DNA of 33,865 bases from Gemmatimonadota bacterium (lineage in GTDB: Bacteria; Gemmatimonadota; Gemmatimonadetes; Gemmatimonadales; GWC2-71-9). The stretch covers positions 1 to 33,865 of the forward strand of contig QHUF01000279.1 of the NCBI GenBank assembly GCA_003221075.1, given 5' to 3'. The notes below the pieces were generated by a model. The model saw only the letters and a program-made list of their open reading frames with translations, had not been told where the DNA came from and made no database searches. Positions within the stretch are counted from its first letter, which is position 1. Each line of letters begins with the position of its first letter. Made by a program: the position numbers and the translations under genes. Shown here piece by piece: positions 1-10,015 of the stretch.

Positions 1-1367
1 CGTGTGGCGGCGAGCACCGTCTGGTCGTTGGCGAGAAAGGCGATGTAGTCCTGCGACGTCACGTCCTTGGTGAGCCCGTTCGCGACGAAGACGTCCTTGT
101 TGCCGTCGAGGTCAAAATCGGCGATCAGCGCGCTCCAGCTCCAATCCGTGGCCGCGACGCCGCTGAGCATCGCGACGTCGCTGAAGGTGCCGTTGCCGTT
201 GTTCAACTGCAGCATGTTTCGCATGAGCTGGTGGTCGAACCCCTCGCGCGCCTTGGCTTGATACAGCTCCCACGGCTCGAATGCGGACGTCGTCTTGAGG
301 CGATGGTCGTCTTCGGGAAGCATGTCAGAGGTGTAGATGTCGGGCCAGCCGTCATTGTTCACGTCTGCGATGTCGACGCCCATCGAGAAATAGCTGCTCG
401 TCGGCAGCGCGCGGTCGAGCACCTCGTCGAACGTGCCGTCGCCCTTGTTGATGTACAGATAATCCCGCTCGAAAAAATCGTTCGCCACGTACACGTCGGG
501 CCGGCCGTCGCGGTTCACATCCCCCACGGCGATCCCCAGGCCGAAGCCAGTCTCAGGGCCGTAAATCCCGGCCTGGTCGCTCACGTTGACGAAGTGGCCC
601 CCTCTCCCCGCGCCGTCGTTGCGGTACAGCTCGTGGCCGCCGAGCGGATCGCGCGTGGTCCGGGTGTTCCGGGTTGCGAGCGCGGCGACCGCTTTGGGGG
701 AGTTGCGGATCAGGAACAGGTCGAGATCGCCGTCACCGTCGTAGTCGAAGAAGGCTCCTTGCGTGGAGTACCCTGTGTCGGCGATGCCGTAGACCGCCGC
801 CATCTCGCGAAACACCGGCACGCCGTCCTTCAGGCCCTGATTGATGTAGAGCGTGTTCGCGCGCGCCGAACCTGGTTTTTGGCCGGCGTGACAGACGTAG
901 ATATCGAGTTTTCCATCGCCGTCGACGTCTGCCAGGGTTACGCCCGTAGTCCAACGACCACCTTCGGCGACCCCGGCGTCCTGCGTGACGTCCCGGAACC
1001 GGAAGCCGCCCAGGTTCAGATACAGTCGCGGGCCGCCCTGGTTCGTGGTGAGGACGATCTCCGGCAGTCCGTCCCCCGTGAGATCACCGATTGCGACGCC
1101 GCCGCCGTTGTAAAAGTTCCGGTAGATGAACACGTTGAAATCGCGTGTCTCCTCCAGTGGGTTGGTGACGGTGATGCCGGTGTAGGTCGACGGCAGGAGT
1201 GTGAACAGCTCCTTGCCGGCCGCGGGCGGATGCGCCGTGCGAGCGGGCTCCTGCGATCCAGCGCAGGCGTTGCAGAGTCCCGGCAGCCCTAGCAGCACGA
1301 GAAGCGAGAGGGGCGCGAGCAGCCGCGCCCCTCTCTGATCAGCTTCCTGCTGCGACGCTACCGGCAA
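1..1367 (-). CDS. FG-GAP/VCBS-repeat (CRTAC1/ASPIC-UnbV-like) probable lipoprotein, 3' end runs off the window
   Basis: Not in the ORF track because it is open at the window edge. Manual translation from TTG at 1367 gives a hydrophobic signal ending ...LLGLPGLCNAC, then FNVFIYRNFYNGGGVAIGDLTGDGLPEI, ADVDGDGKLDIYVC and TDWSWSALIADFDLDGNKDVFVANG. These are DxDGDG Ca-binding repeats typical of proteins downstream of susD. Start codon is uncertain. Confidence 0.85.
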   Translation of the reverse strand, partial: MPVASQQEADQRGARLLAPLSLLVLLGLPGLCNACAGSQEPARTAHPPAAGKELFTLLPSTYTGITVTNPLEETRDFNVFIYRNFYNGGGVAIGDLTGDGLPEIVLTTNQGGPRLYLNLGGFRFRDVTQDAGVAEGGRWTTGVTLADVDGDGKLDIYVCHAGQKPGSARANTLYINQGLKDGVPVFREMAAVYGIADTGYSTQGAFFDYDGDGDLDLFLIRNSPKAVAALATRNTRTTRDPLGGHELYRNDGAGRGGHFVNVSDQAGIYGPETGFGLGIAVGDVNRDGRPDVYVANDFFERDYLYINKGDGTFDEVLDRALPTSSYFSMGVDIADVNNDGWPDIYTSDMLPEDDHRLKTTSAFEPWELYQAKAREGFDHQLMRNMLQLNNGNGTFSDVAMLSGVAATDWSWSALIADFDLDGNKDVFVANGLTKDVTSQDYIAFLANDQTVLAAT

Positions 1368-2966
1368 TCAGTATCCCGTGTTCTGGACCAGTTTCGGGTT
1401 CGCGTCGATCTGCGACTGCGGAATGGGCATGAGCGTGAGATGCGGCGCCCCCGCGGTCTTGAACTGCCACGCCGTGGTGTACTGGCCGAACCGAATGAGG
1501 TCCTGCCGCCGCTTCCCCTCGAACGTCAGCTCAAACAGCCGCTCCCGCAGGACTGCGGCAAGGGGGGCGGCGCTCAAGGTGTCGACCGTGAACGAGCGCG
1601 CGCGCACGCTCCGCAGCAACGCGAGCGGCGCCGGCGTGCCGGTCGCGCCGTCGATTTCCGCTTCCGCCTTGATCAGGTACATCTCCGCCAGACGGAAGTA
1701 AGCGAAATCGTTGCCGTTGTTCTGCGCGACGTGGTTCGGGTCGTACGGCCACTTATAGATTCGAACCCCCTCGCCTTCCGTCGCTGCACGCACATCGGCG
1801 ATGACCGGCGTGAACACCAGCCTCGGCGCTCCTTTGTCGCAACCGGGCCGGATGCACACCGTGTCACCCGTCTCGACATTGAACTGCGGGCCGACGAGGA
1901 AGATGCTCTTGCGTTTGTCGTTCAACGTGTCGAACGCCGTGTACGTCTGGGCGAGTGTGGAGAAGCCGTTCCACGGCGTCGTCGAGAACTGGTTGTAATG
2001 CAGCGTCGTCTGCAGGATCGGGAATCCGAGCCCATCGCGGGGGGCGAATTTGACGACGAAAATATTTTCCGGGGACAGGTTGTTGTCGGCCCGGAAGTTC
2101 TTCACGAACGTATCCGCCAGCTGGTAGACGCCGGACAGAATCGTACTGTCGGCGCGATCCTTTGCCGCCTGGCAGGCGCCCAGGCCTCCCGCCACGGTGA
2201 TTGTCGCGCACGAGTTATACGCAACGGCGCTGAACGCGCCCGCGTCCTTGGTGAAGACGCCGGCATTGATGTACATGCTGGCGAGTATGGCGTCGACCGC
2301 GCCCTTGGTGAGGCGGCCGTTGTTCGCCGCATCGCGCGTCCGGGGCAGGACGGTCCGGGCGGCGAGCAGCTCCGCTTCAATGAACTTGAAGACGGAGTCG
2401 CGTGATACGCGGTCGTGCAGCGCGACGTCCGTTGTCGTGACGACCGGGACGCCGCCGAACAGATCCATCAGCTGGTAGTAGTAGAACGCACGCAACGCCC
2501 GCAGCTCGGCGATCACTCCCGCCTGCTTCGCGGAGTCCATGATGAGCCGGCTCTGCAGCGCGCTCAACGCGACATTCGCGTTCGCGACTCCCGTATAGCC
2601 GTTTACCCAGGCCGAATTGATGTCCTGGAGCGTCGACGGACTGCCGGGGGTCCACCCTTGTTCGTGGATTTCCAGCCAACGGCCGTTGTCGTACCAGTCC
2701 TGACCCCGCGTCGGCACCACCATTTCGTCGGTGCTGATCTCGCTGAGGGCGTAGTACGCGCAGCAGTAGCCTGGGAACGCGCCCCGGAGCTGCGCATAGA
2801 CGCCGGAGAGGCCGGCCAGTGCTTCCGCCTCATTGTTGAAGAATGTCCCCGGAGAGATGTCGCTCTTCGGAGGCTCATCCAGATTGGTGCACGCCTGCAT
2901 TGATCCAAGCAGCAGCGCGGCGAGCCACGCTCCGCGGATCGTTCTCATCGACATGGTTTGCTTCAT
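1368..2966 (-). CDS. susD: RagB/SusD family nutrient-binding outer membrane lipoprotein
   Basis: Lipobox LGSMQAC; motifs AELRALRAFYYYQLMDLFGGVP, FRLAEMYLIKAEA, ERLFELTFEGKRRQDLIRFG and PIPQSQIDANPKLVQNTGY; directly downstream of susC. Confidence 0.95.
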   Translation of the reverse strand: MKQTMSMRTIRGAWLAALLLGSMQACTNLDEPPKSDISPGTFFNNEAEALAGLSGVYAQLRGAFPGYCCAYYALSEISTDEMVVPTRGQDWYDNGRWLEIHEQGWTPGSPSTLQDINSAWVNGYTGVANANVALSALQSRLIMDSAKQAGVIAELRALRAFYYYQLMDLFGGVPVVTTTDVALHDRVSRDSVFKFIEAELLAARTVLPRTRDAANNGRLTKGAVDAILASMYINAGVFTKDAGAFSAVAYNSCATITVAGGLGACQAAKDRADSTILSGVYQLADTFVKNFRADNNLSPENIFVVKFAPRDGLGFPILQTTLHYNQFSTTPWNGFSTLAQTYTAFDTLNDKRKSIFLVGPQFNVETGDTVCIRPGCDKGAPRLVFTPVIADVRAATEGEGVRIYKWPYDPNHVAQNNGNDFAYFRLAEMYLIKAEAEIDGATGTPAPLALLRSVRARSFTVDTLSAAPLAAVLRERLFELTFEGKRRQDLIRFGQYTTAWQFKTAGAPHLTLMPIPQSQIDANPKLVQNTGY

Positions 2967-2980
2967 AGGTCTCGAGCTCC

Positions 2981-5900
2981 TCAGAACGACAGGCGGAGGC
3001 CGCCGGTCACCGTACGGGGCCGCGGATAGCTAAGATAATCGATCCCGCGCGAGGCCAGACCGGAGCTGGCATAGACTTCCGGATCGAGCCCCGAATAACC
3101 GGTCAGCAGCAGCAGATTGTCAGCCGATACGTACACCCGCGCGCTCTGCACCGAGCGGATCATCGGCAGGTTGAGCGCATACTCCAGCGTGATGTTTTGC
3201 AGCCGCACGAAAGAGCCGCTCTCGATCCACCGCGACGAGAAGATGGCCGGTTCATGCAGCCCGATTCCGTCGGTCAGGGCGGGGCGGAGGAAGTTCTTGC
3301 CCTGCAGCGCATTCCCCTTCGTGGAGTACACCAGCGCCGTGTTGTTGAACACGTCCTGGCCCACCGATGCGCGAATCAGGAAGCTCAGGTCGAGCTTCCC
3401 GAGGGTGAGCTGGTTGTGGAAGCCAAGCGTGAAGCTGGGATTGGCGTTCCCGATCACCTGGTAGTCCCCGGCGCCCGGTCCCGACCCATTGATCGTGCTG
3501 CCGCCGCTGCAGTTTGACACGGGCGTATTCGGCGTGCTGCACACGAAGAGCTGCTTCCCGTTCGCATCCACGCCGAGGAACACCGGGCCGTAGAACGACC
3601 CGAGGGGCAATCCTGGAGCGATGAGCTGCGAGACCTGGCCCGATTGGCCTTGACCGCTGACGCCGCCCGAAGTGATCGTCCCTCGGGATCCGAGGTTCGT
3701 CACCTTGTTGCGGGACGCCGCGAAGGTGATGCCGGCCCGCCAGGTCAACGACGGCCGCGAGATCGCGAGCGCATCGAGCGACAACTCCACGCCGCGATTG
3801 CGCAGCTTGCCGACGTTCTCGAGCCGCTCTTCCACGACGGCCGGCTGCGGCACCTTGACGGACAGCAACAGGTCGGACGTGTTCTTGACGTAGTATTCGA
3901 CGCTCCCCGTCAGACGATTGCTCATCAGTCCGAAGTCGACGCCGACGTCAACTTGCGCGGTCCGCTCCCACTTGAGGTCGGGATTGGGGTTCTGGATTCC
4001 TGCGACGCCGGTCTGCGGCGCGTCGCCCCACGTGTACGTACCACCGACGCCGGCGCCGAGCAACGGCAACGAGGAGTACGCCGGGATGCCGGGGTTGCCC
4101 TGGACGCCCCAACCAACGCGCACGCGGAGGTCCGAGAACGGCGAGCTTTGCATGAAGCCCTCGTCGCTCATGTGCCAGGAAGCGGAAAGGCCCGGGAATG
4201 ACGCCCACTGGTGGCCCGCGGCAAACTTCGACGAGCCGTCATACCGCAACGCGCCGGTGAAGAAGTACTTGTTCTTGTAGCCGAAGTTGGCGCGTGAAAA
4301 GAAGGAGACGAGCACGCTCTGCTCGGCGCCGGAGGAGCTGTTCCGGGTAGTCGCGGCCGAGAGTTTGTCGAAGGTGAACGCGTCGGTGAAGAAGCCGCTG
4401 CCCGATGCGGTGACCGTGTCGCTCCTGAACTTATTGTACTCGTATCCGCCGACCATGTCGAAGCTCCGATCGCCACTCTCCCGCCGGTACGTCAACAGCG
4501 TCTGCAGCGTGCGGGCGTCATTGTTGAGATCCACCAGGCGGGCAACCCCGCCGCCCAGCGCGTTGCCGATCGGACTCTGCTTCGGATAGTACGTCTGGCG
4601 CCCGCCGCTCGCATGGTCCAACCCCACCGTGACCTGACCGGTGAGCCCTCCGGCGAGATCCAGCTCCGCGGTCGCGTTGCCGAGGGTGCGGGTGGTCTGG
4701 CCGATATCGATCAGCTGTTTGGCCAGCGCCACGGGATTACGCACCGAGCTGCCGCCGCCTTCATAGAAATGCGTCCCGGTCGCGTCGCTGAAGGTGACGG
4801 GCTGGGTGGGATCGAAGATGGCGACGTTCTGGAACACCCCGCCTTCGAAGCCGCCCGTGTTGTCAAACGTCAGATACGTATTGTTGACGCGCGACGTCGT
4901 CACGTTGACGCCGAGCCGCAGCCGGTTGTCCAGCGCGCTATGCGTTCCGGCCAGCCTGCCCTGAATCCGCTGGAGTGTGCTCGAGAGCGCGACGCCGTTA
5001 TCCTCCATGTAGTTGAGCGACGCCCGATACCGCGTGTCCTCGGTGCCGCCGGAGAACGACAGGTTGTGGTTGTGCGTGACCGCCGTGCGGGTGACCTCCC
5101 GTTCCCAGTTCGTATTCGCGGCGCCGAGGGCATACGGCTTGATCCCACCGAAGCCGCCGGACGAATCCGCGAAGCCGGTCGAGCACGCAGGACGTGCACG
5201 ACAGGCCGTCGAATCCGATCGCCATGTGACGAACTGGGGGTTCACGTACGCCCGGTACTCGGCGCCATCGAGCACATCAAGACGCCGTGCCGGCGAGGCC
5301 GCCGCGACGTAGGAATCGTAGTCGATGCTCGGCCCGCCGCCGCCGGTTCCCTTTTTCGTTTCGACCAGGATGACGCCGTTGGCAGCGCGGCTGCCGTAAA
5401 TAGCGGTCGCCGAGGCGTCCTTGAGAACGGTGATCGAAGCGATGTCGGAGGGATTCAGCAGGTTGAGCGGATTGCGAGGCAACGCCGGCGACCCGACCAC
5501 CCCGGACATCCCCTGGGGTTCGGTCGCGACGTTGTTGATCGGCACGCCGTCGATCACGTACAGCGGATCGTTGCTGTTGCTGATCGAGCTGCCGCCGCGG
5601 ATCAGAATCTGCGCTCCCGCGCCGGGCTCGCCGTTGTTCAGCGTGATATCGACGCCCGCCGCGCGACCCGAGAGCATTTGCGTAACGTTGGTCGTCACGC
5701 CGACGTTGGCCTGCGCCGGATTGATGGTCGAGACCGAGCCAGTGATGGCCTCGCGCCGCTGCGTCCCGTACCCCGTTACGACAACCGCTTCGAGGAGCGA
5801 GGCTTGTGGGGCAAGCGCGAACTGCGCTTGGGCGGTTCCGCCGGCCGTCACCGTGACGGACTGTCGCTGCGGCGCGTACCCGATTCGGGTCGCACGCACC

Positions 5901-6124
5901 AGCACGCTGCCCGCAGGAACGGACGCGAGCGTGTAACTGCCGTCACTACCACTGGCAGTCTGTAGTTGCGTGCCCTCGATTTGGATGATGACCCCGGCGA
6001 GCGCCTGCCGTGTAGTGCTGTCCACGACCTGTCCTCTGACCGTGCCGGTGTTTTGCGCGGCGAGAGGGAGTGCCGTGAGGGACAGCAGCGCGAAAACGGG
6101 AACTGCGTGTCGGACGAATCTCAT
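2981..6124 (-). CDS. susC: SusC/RagA family TonB-dependent outer membrane transporter
   Basis: Start set at ATG 6124 (MRFVRHAVPVFALL, signal peptide) with GAGGT SD upstream, not at 6289. Carboxypeptidase-regulatory-like N-domain, VVVTGYG, DPLYVIDGVP, plug motif LNPSDIASITVLKDASATAIYGSRAANGVILVETK, NPDLKWE, C-terminal YPRPRTVTGGLRLSF. Confidence 0.95.
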   Translation of the reverse strand: MRFVRHAVPVFALLSLTALPLAAQNTGTVRGQVVDSTTRQALAGVIIQIEGTQLQTASGSDGSYTLASVPAGSVLVRATRIGYAPQRQSVTVTAGGTAQAQFALAPQASLLEAVVVTGYGTQRREAITGSVSTINPAQANVGVTTNVTQMLSGRAAGVDITLNNGEPGAGAQILIRGGSSISNSNDPLYVIDGVPINNVATEPQGMSGVVGSPALPRNPLNLLNPSDIASITVLKDASATAIYGSRAANGVILVETKKGTGGGGPSIDYDSYVAAASPARRLDVLDGAEYRAYVNPQFVTWRSDSTACRARPACSTGFADSSGGFGGIKPYALGAANTNWEREVTRTAVTHNHNLSFSGGTEDTRYRASLNYMEDNGVALSSTLQRIQGRLAGTHSALDNRLRLGVNVTTSRVNNTYLTFDNTGGFEGGVFQNVAIFDPTQPVTFSDATGTHFYEGGGSSVRNPVALAKQLIDIGQTTRTLGNATAELDLAGGLTGQVTVGLDHASGGRQTYYPKQSPIGNALGGGVARLVDLNNDARTLQTLLTYRRESGDRSFDMVGGYEYNKFRSDTVTASGSGFFTDAFTFDKLSAATTRNSSSGAEQSVLVSFFSRANFGYKNKYFFTGALRYDGSSKFAAGHQWASFPGLSASWHMSDEGFMQSSPFSDLRVRVGWGVQGNPGIPAYSSLPLLGAGVGGTYTWGDAPQTGVAGIQNPNPDLKWERTAQVDVGVDFGLMSNRLTGSVEYYVKNTSDLLLSVKVPQPAVVEERLENVGKLRNRGVELSLDALAISRPSLTWRAGITFAASRNKVTNLGSRGTITSGGVSGQGQSGQVSQLIAPGLPLGSFYGPVFLGVDANGKQLFVCSTPNTPVSNCSGGSTINGSGPGAGDYQVIGNANPSFTLGFHNQLTLGKLDLSFLIRASVGQDVFNNTALVYSTKGNALQGKNFLRPALTDGIGLHEPAIFSSRWIESGSFVRLQNITLEYALNLPMIRSVQSARVYVSADNLLLLTGYSGLDPEVYASSGLASRGIDYLSYPRPRTVTGGLRLSF

Positions 6125-6180
6125 CGCGTGGACCTCAGGAAGACAGTTATGCCCTCCGAAATGCCGCCCCCGAGAGACCT

Positions 6181-6186
6181 TGTCAA
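6181..6186 (-). promoter_or_regulatory. Possible sigma70 -35 (TTGACA) for susC, within the short palindrome CCTTGTCAAGG (6178-6188)
   Basis: Perfect TTGACA on the minus strand in the 92-bp divergent intergenic region. The matching -10 is weak. Confidence 0.3.
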
Positions 6187-6216
6187 GGGCGGTCATGGGA
6201 CGGAGTATGTAGGCCC

Positions 6217-8385
6217 ATGCTTCTGGCCCTGCTACTGGTGATGCAAAGCGCACCCGCGCGGGAAGCCCCGCCGGTGCTCCAATTCCCAACCACCGGCCTC
6301 GATGATCCCGCCGCCTACGAGGGCTACACGGCCCGCCTGTATCGCGACGCGCGCGGTAACGCCGTCGAGATCTACATCGAAGGGAAAACCGGCCGCGTCG
6401 TGCACGTGTGGGCGGATGCGCTGAACGAGAGCATTGGGTTTACGGCTCGGAACTTGGGCGGTCAAGAGACAACTGGGGGCGGTCAAACTACAAATGCGGC
6501 GGTCGCGTTCGGTGACGGGCCGGCGACGGTCTGGAGTAGGGGCGGTCGGCGCGGATTGGGCTACGCGCTGACGGTGCAGGGCGGGCGGTCAATCCGGATC
6601 GGCCAGATCCTGCTGGGCTCGATGCGTATCGAGCGCGACTTCGGCTATGCGGGCCGCGTCCGCGATTCGATCGACGCGCCGACGTTCGTGGTGCCGGAGA
6701 TGGCGGCGTTCGCCAAGCGCATGGGCGCGCCGTACACCGAACGGCTCACGCCGAGCGTGCGACTGACGAGCACTCCCCGGGACTGGACGATGCGAGCATC
6801 GCAGCCCAGCCTCGATGGCAGGAACCATCTCTGGCTGACGCTGCGCGGCGACGCGCGCACCACGCTCGCCACGCTGCGCGGCGGTGTTTTGACGATTCGC
6901 GCGCTCGGGAGGCGACCCGTCACGTTCAGCGTCGAGATCGCGACCGATGGGGCCGCGCTCGATCCCCTCCGCCGCAATCAAATCTTCAGCGCCGCGTTCC
7001 GCCGCTTCGCCGATTCCGTCAAGTCCCCGCGCCTGGAGCGCGAGATCCGCGGCTTCGAGCTGCTCAGCACCAAACAGAAGCTGATCGCGGCGTTGCCGAC
7101 GTACGCGACCTACTTCGGCCGCGACATGCTGCTGACAGCGCTGCTCATGGAGCCGGTGTGGTCCGACACGATGCCGGAGTTCGTGATCAGCGCAGCGCTC
7201 GCGAAGCTCGGTCCGGCGGGCGACGTCAGCCACGAGGAAGCACTCGGCGGCCAGGCGATCCGGGAGAATAGCGCCGAGTTCCTGAAGAGCGGCGACCGCC
7301 GCCTGCTACAGAATCTTCAGGCAACCCGCGAGAACTACTGGATGGTGGATGATGATTTCCAACTACCGGTAGTCGCGGGTCGATACTTCGCCGATAAAGA
7401 CGTGCCCGTTGCCCGCAAGCGGCGGTTCGTGGCGCGCTGGGGCACGGCATTGCGCAAGAATCTTGCGTACGTCGCGCGGCAAGCCGCTCCATATGCGCGC
7501 GATCCGGTCGTGACAAACCTCGTGAGCTTCAAGCGCGACGACAACGGCTGGTGGCATCCCGGCAGCTGGCGCGACAGCCGCGTCGGCTACGGCGGCGGAC
7601 GCTTTGCCTTCGACGTCAACGTCGTCTGGGTTCCCGCGGCGCTGCGCGCCATCGGCACGATCGACAGCGCGCTGCGGGCGATGGGCCAGCCAGGCATCGA
7701 GAACGCGGCCGAGATCGCGCGGGCCGCGGATACCTGGCGCGGGACCGCGCGCCATTTCATGGTCGCGCTGGCGCCCGCCGACGTCGAAGCGCGCGTGCGC
7801 GCCAAGCTGGCCTCGCTGCCCGCCGCCGAGCGGGCGCATTGGGAAGCGGTGGTGACGCGCTCCGGATTCCCAAGCGACACGCTGCGCTTTCCCGCCGTCT
7901 CGCTCGACAGCGCCGGCCAGCCGATTCCGGTGATGAGCACGGATCCAGCGATGTGGCTGCTGCTCGAGCGGCAGGACGACGCTCGGGAGAGTGAGCTGCT
8001 GCGGCCGTTTCTGCTGCCGTACCCGGTGGGTCTCTTCATCGATGGTCTGGGATTGGCCGTAGCCAACGACGCCTACGCCGGTCCCGCCGTCTGGGAGATG
8101 TTCGAGGGCGATCTCTACCACTCGCCGCGCGTCGTCTGGGGTCGAGAAGTGAGCGTGCTGCTCGCCGCGCTGGCGCAGGGAGGGCGCAATCGCCCGGGCG
8201 CGATCGATTCGGTACGGAGCGCGGTGGCGCGCTCCGGCCTGCAGTACGCCGAGCTGTGGAGCTACAAGTTTGAAGGAGGGGTCTTGCGGCCAGTCCGCTA
8301 TGGCTCGAGCTCCGACGTGCAGTTGTGGTCGCTGACCGAGATCGCGGTTCAATATCTCCTCCACTCCTCAAGGTCCACTCCATGA
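6217..8385 (+). CDS. Secreted uncharacterised glycoside hydrolase-like protein (glycogen-debranching C-terminal / six-hairpin glycosidase-like)
   Basis: Short signal peptide MLLALLLVMQSA; motifs TYFGRD, SHEEALG, MVDDDF, YHSPRVVW, ELWS and QLWS recall (alpha/alpha)6 GDE-like hydrolases; coupled by ATGA to a sugar symporter. Confidence 0.6.
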   Translation: MLLALLLVMQSAPAREAPPVLQFPTTGLDDPAAYEGYTARLYRDARGNAVEIYIEGKTGRVVHVWADALNESIGFTARNLGGQETTGGGQTTNAAVAFGDGPATVWSRGGRRGLGYALTVQGGRSIRIGQILLGSMRIERDFGYAGRVRDSIDAPTFVVPEMAAFAKRMGAPYTERLTPSVRLTSTPRDWTMRASQPSLDGRNHLWLTLRGDARTTLATLRGGVLTIRALGRRPVTFSVEIATDGAALDPLRRNQIFSAAFRRFADSVKSPRLEREIRGFELLSTKQKLIAALPTYATYFGRDMLLTALLMEPVWSDTMPEFVISAALAKLGPAGDVSHEEALGGQAIRENSAEFLKSGDRRLLQNLQATRENYWMVDDDFQLPVVAGRYFADKDVPVARKRRFVARWGTALRKNLAYVARQAAPYARDPVVTNLVSFKRDDNGWWHPGSWRDSRVGYGGGRFAFDVNVVWVPAALRAIGTIDSALRAMGQPGIENAAEIARAADTWRGTARHFMVALAPADVEARVRAKLASLPAAERAHWEAVVTRSGFPSDTLRFPAVSLDSAGQPIPVMSTDPAMWLLLERQDDARESELLRPFLLPYPVGLFIDGLGLAVANDAYAGPAVWEMFEGDLYHSPRVVWGREVSVLLAALAQGGRNRPGAIDSVRSAVARSGLQYAELWSYKFEGGVLRPVRYGSSSDVQLWSLTEIAVQYLLHSSRSTP

Positions 8386-10010
8386 GCAATCTGCATGCCT
8401 TCGACCTGGTGTTCATCGTCGGCTACTTCCTGATACTGGCCGGCATCGGCTACTGGGCGGCGCGGCGCGAGAAGCAGGTGAGCTCCGACTACTTCCTCGC
8501 AGCGCGCGACGTGGGGTGGTTCGCAGTCGGCGCCAGCCTCTTCGCCTCCAACATCGGCAGCGAACACCTGGTCGGTCTGGCGGGGTCGGGCTCGACCACC
8601 GGACTCGCGGTGGGACACTTCGAGTGGCTCGCCTGTCTGATCCTGCTGCTGCTCGGTTGGCTATTCGTGCCGTACTACCTGAAGAGCGGCGTCTACACGA
8701 TGCCCGAATTCCTCGAAAAACGGTACAACTCGGCGGCGCGGACCTACTTCACCTGGGTGTCCGTGATCGGCTACGTCCTCACGAAGATCAGTGTGACGCT
8801 CTACGCGGGTGGCGTGGTGATTCGCGCGGTCACGGGGTGGAATTTCTTCACAGCGGCCGTCGTGCTCATCATCGTCACTGGGCTCTATACGATCTTCGGC
8901 GGCCTGCGCGCCGTGGTCTACACGGAGGTGTTGCAGGCGATTGTACTGATCCTCGGCTCGGCGACGCTCATGATCATCGGATTGCAGCACGTCGGCGGGA
9001 TTGCGGCGCTGAAAGCGAAAGTGCCGGCCGGATTCTTCTCGATGTGGAAACCGATCAGCGACCCGAACTTTCCCTGGACCGGAATCATCTTCGGCGCTCC
9101 GATATTGGGAATCTGGTACTGGTGCACCGATCAACACATCGTGCAACGCGTGTTGGCCGCCAGGAACATTCCGCAAGCGCGCACCGGAACGATCTTTGCC
9201 GGCTACCTGAAGATTCTGCCCGTTTTCATCTTCGTCTTACCCGGTGTCGTCGCCGCGGCGTTGTTCTCCGACATCACGGGTGACTCGGCCTACCCATCCC
9301 TGGTAACGCGGTTGCTGCCCGTCGGAATCAAGGGCTTGGTGCTCGCCGGCATGCTCGCGGCGCTCATGAGCTCCCTCGCCTCCGCCTTCAACGCGTGCTC
9401 GACCCTGTTGACGTGGGACGTCTACAAGAAAATGCGTCCGGCCGCGAGCGAGATGCAGCTCGTGAAGGTGGGCCGCATTTCTGCCGGGATCATGGTGGTG
9501 CTGGGCTTGGCATGGATTCCGTTCATGAAGTACATCTCGTCGCAGGTCTACATCTACCTGCAGAGCGTTCAGGCCTATATCGCCCCGCCGATCGCCGCCT
9601 GCTTCCTGCTGGGCATCTTCTTCAAGCGCTTGAACGGGAAAGGGGCGATGGCATCGCTCCTCACCGGTCTCGCCCTCGGTGTGCTGCGCCTGGTCCTCGA
9701 GTTCGCGAACGGTACCGACAAGGCGAGGCTGGCCGCCGGCTCGATCTGGGAGTGGATCGCAGAGTTCAACTTCCTGCATTACGCGGTGCTGCTCTTCGTG
9801 ATTTGCACGGCCGTCCTCTTCGTGGTGAGCATGGCCACGCCGCCGCCCGGTGTCGAGAAGACCGCGGGCCTCACGTACGGGAAGCCTGACGTCGGAGTGT
9901 CGGGTATGGCGATGCAAGAGGGCGGGACGTCGAAACAACGCAGGCTCGAGATCGGGCTGTCGGTGCTACTCGTGGCGATCATTGGGGTGCTCTGGATCGT
10001 CTTTGCTTAA
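8382..10010 (+). CDS. Sodium:solute symporter, SGLT-like sodium/sugar cotransporter
   Basis: ATG 8382 overlaps the upstream TGA. Motifs DYFLA, GASLFASNIGSEHLVGLAGSG, TMPEFLEKRY, WYWCTDQHIVQRVLAA and LAALMSSLASAFN; many TM segments. Confidence 0.95.
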   Translation: MSNLHAFDLVFIVGYFLILAGIGYWAARREKQVSSDYFLAARDVGWFAVGASLFASNIGSEHLVGLAGSGSTTGLAVGHFEWLACLILLLLGWLFVPYYLKSGVYTMPEFLEKRYNSAARTYFTWVSVIGYVLTKISVTLYAGGVVIRAVTGWNFFTAAVVLIIVTGLYTIFGGLRAVVYTEVLQAIVLILGSATLMIIGLQHVGGIAALKAKVPAGFFSMWKPISDPNFPWTGIIFGAPILGIWYWCTDQHIVQRVLAARNIPQARTGTIFAGYLKILPVFIFVLPGVVAAALFSDITGDSAYPSLVTRLLPVGIKGLVLAGMLAALMSSLASAFNACSTLLTWDVYKKMRPAASEMQLVKVGRISAGIMVVLGLAWIPFMKYISSQVYIYLQSVQAYIAPPIAACFLLGIFFKRLNGKGAMASLLTGLALGVLRLVLEFANGTDKARLAAGSIWEWIAEFNFLHYAVLLFVICTAVLFVVSMATPPPGVEKTAGLTYGKPDVGVSGMAMQEGGTSKQRRLEIGLSVLLVAIIGVLWIVFA

Positions 10011-10015
10011 GAAAG

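Noticed and set aside
231-1292. 353-aa plus-strand ORF, and similar long ORFs such as 4613-5965, 12505-13533, 14171-15961 and 23976-25730
   Set aside because: Antisense shadows of well-supported genes, expected in high-GC DNA; no recognisable motifs.
6125-6289. N-terminal extension of SusC to 6289
   Set aside because: Overlaps the divergent gene; the signal peptide and SD point to ATG 6124.
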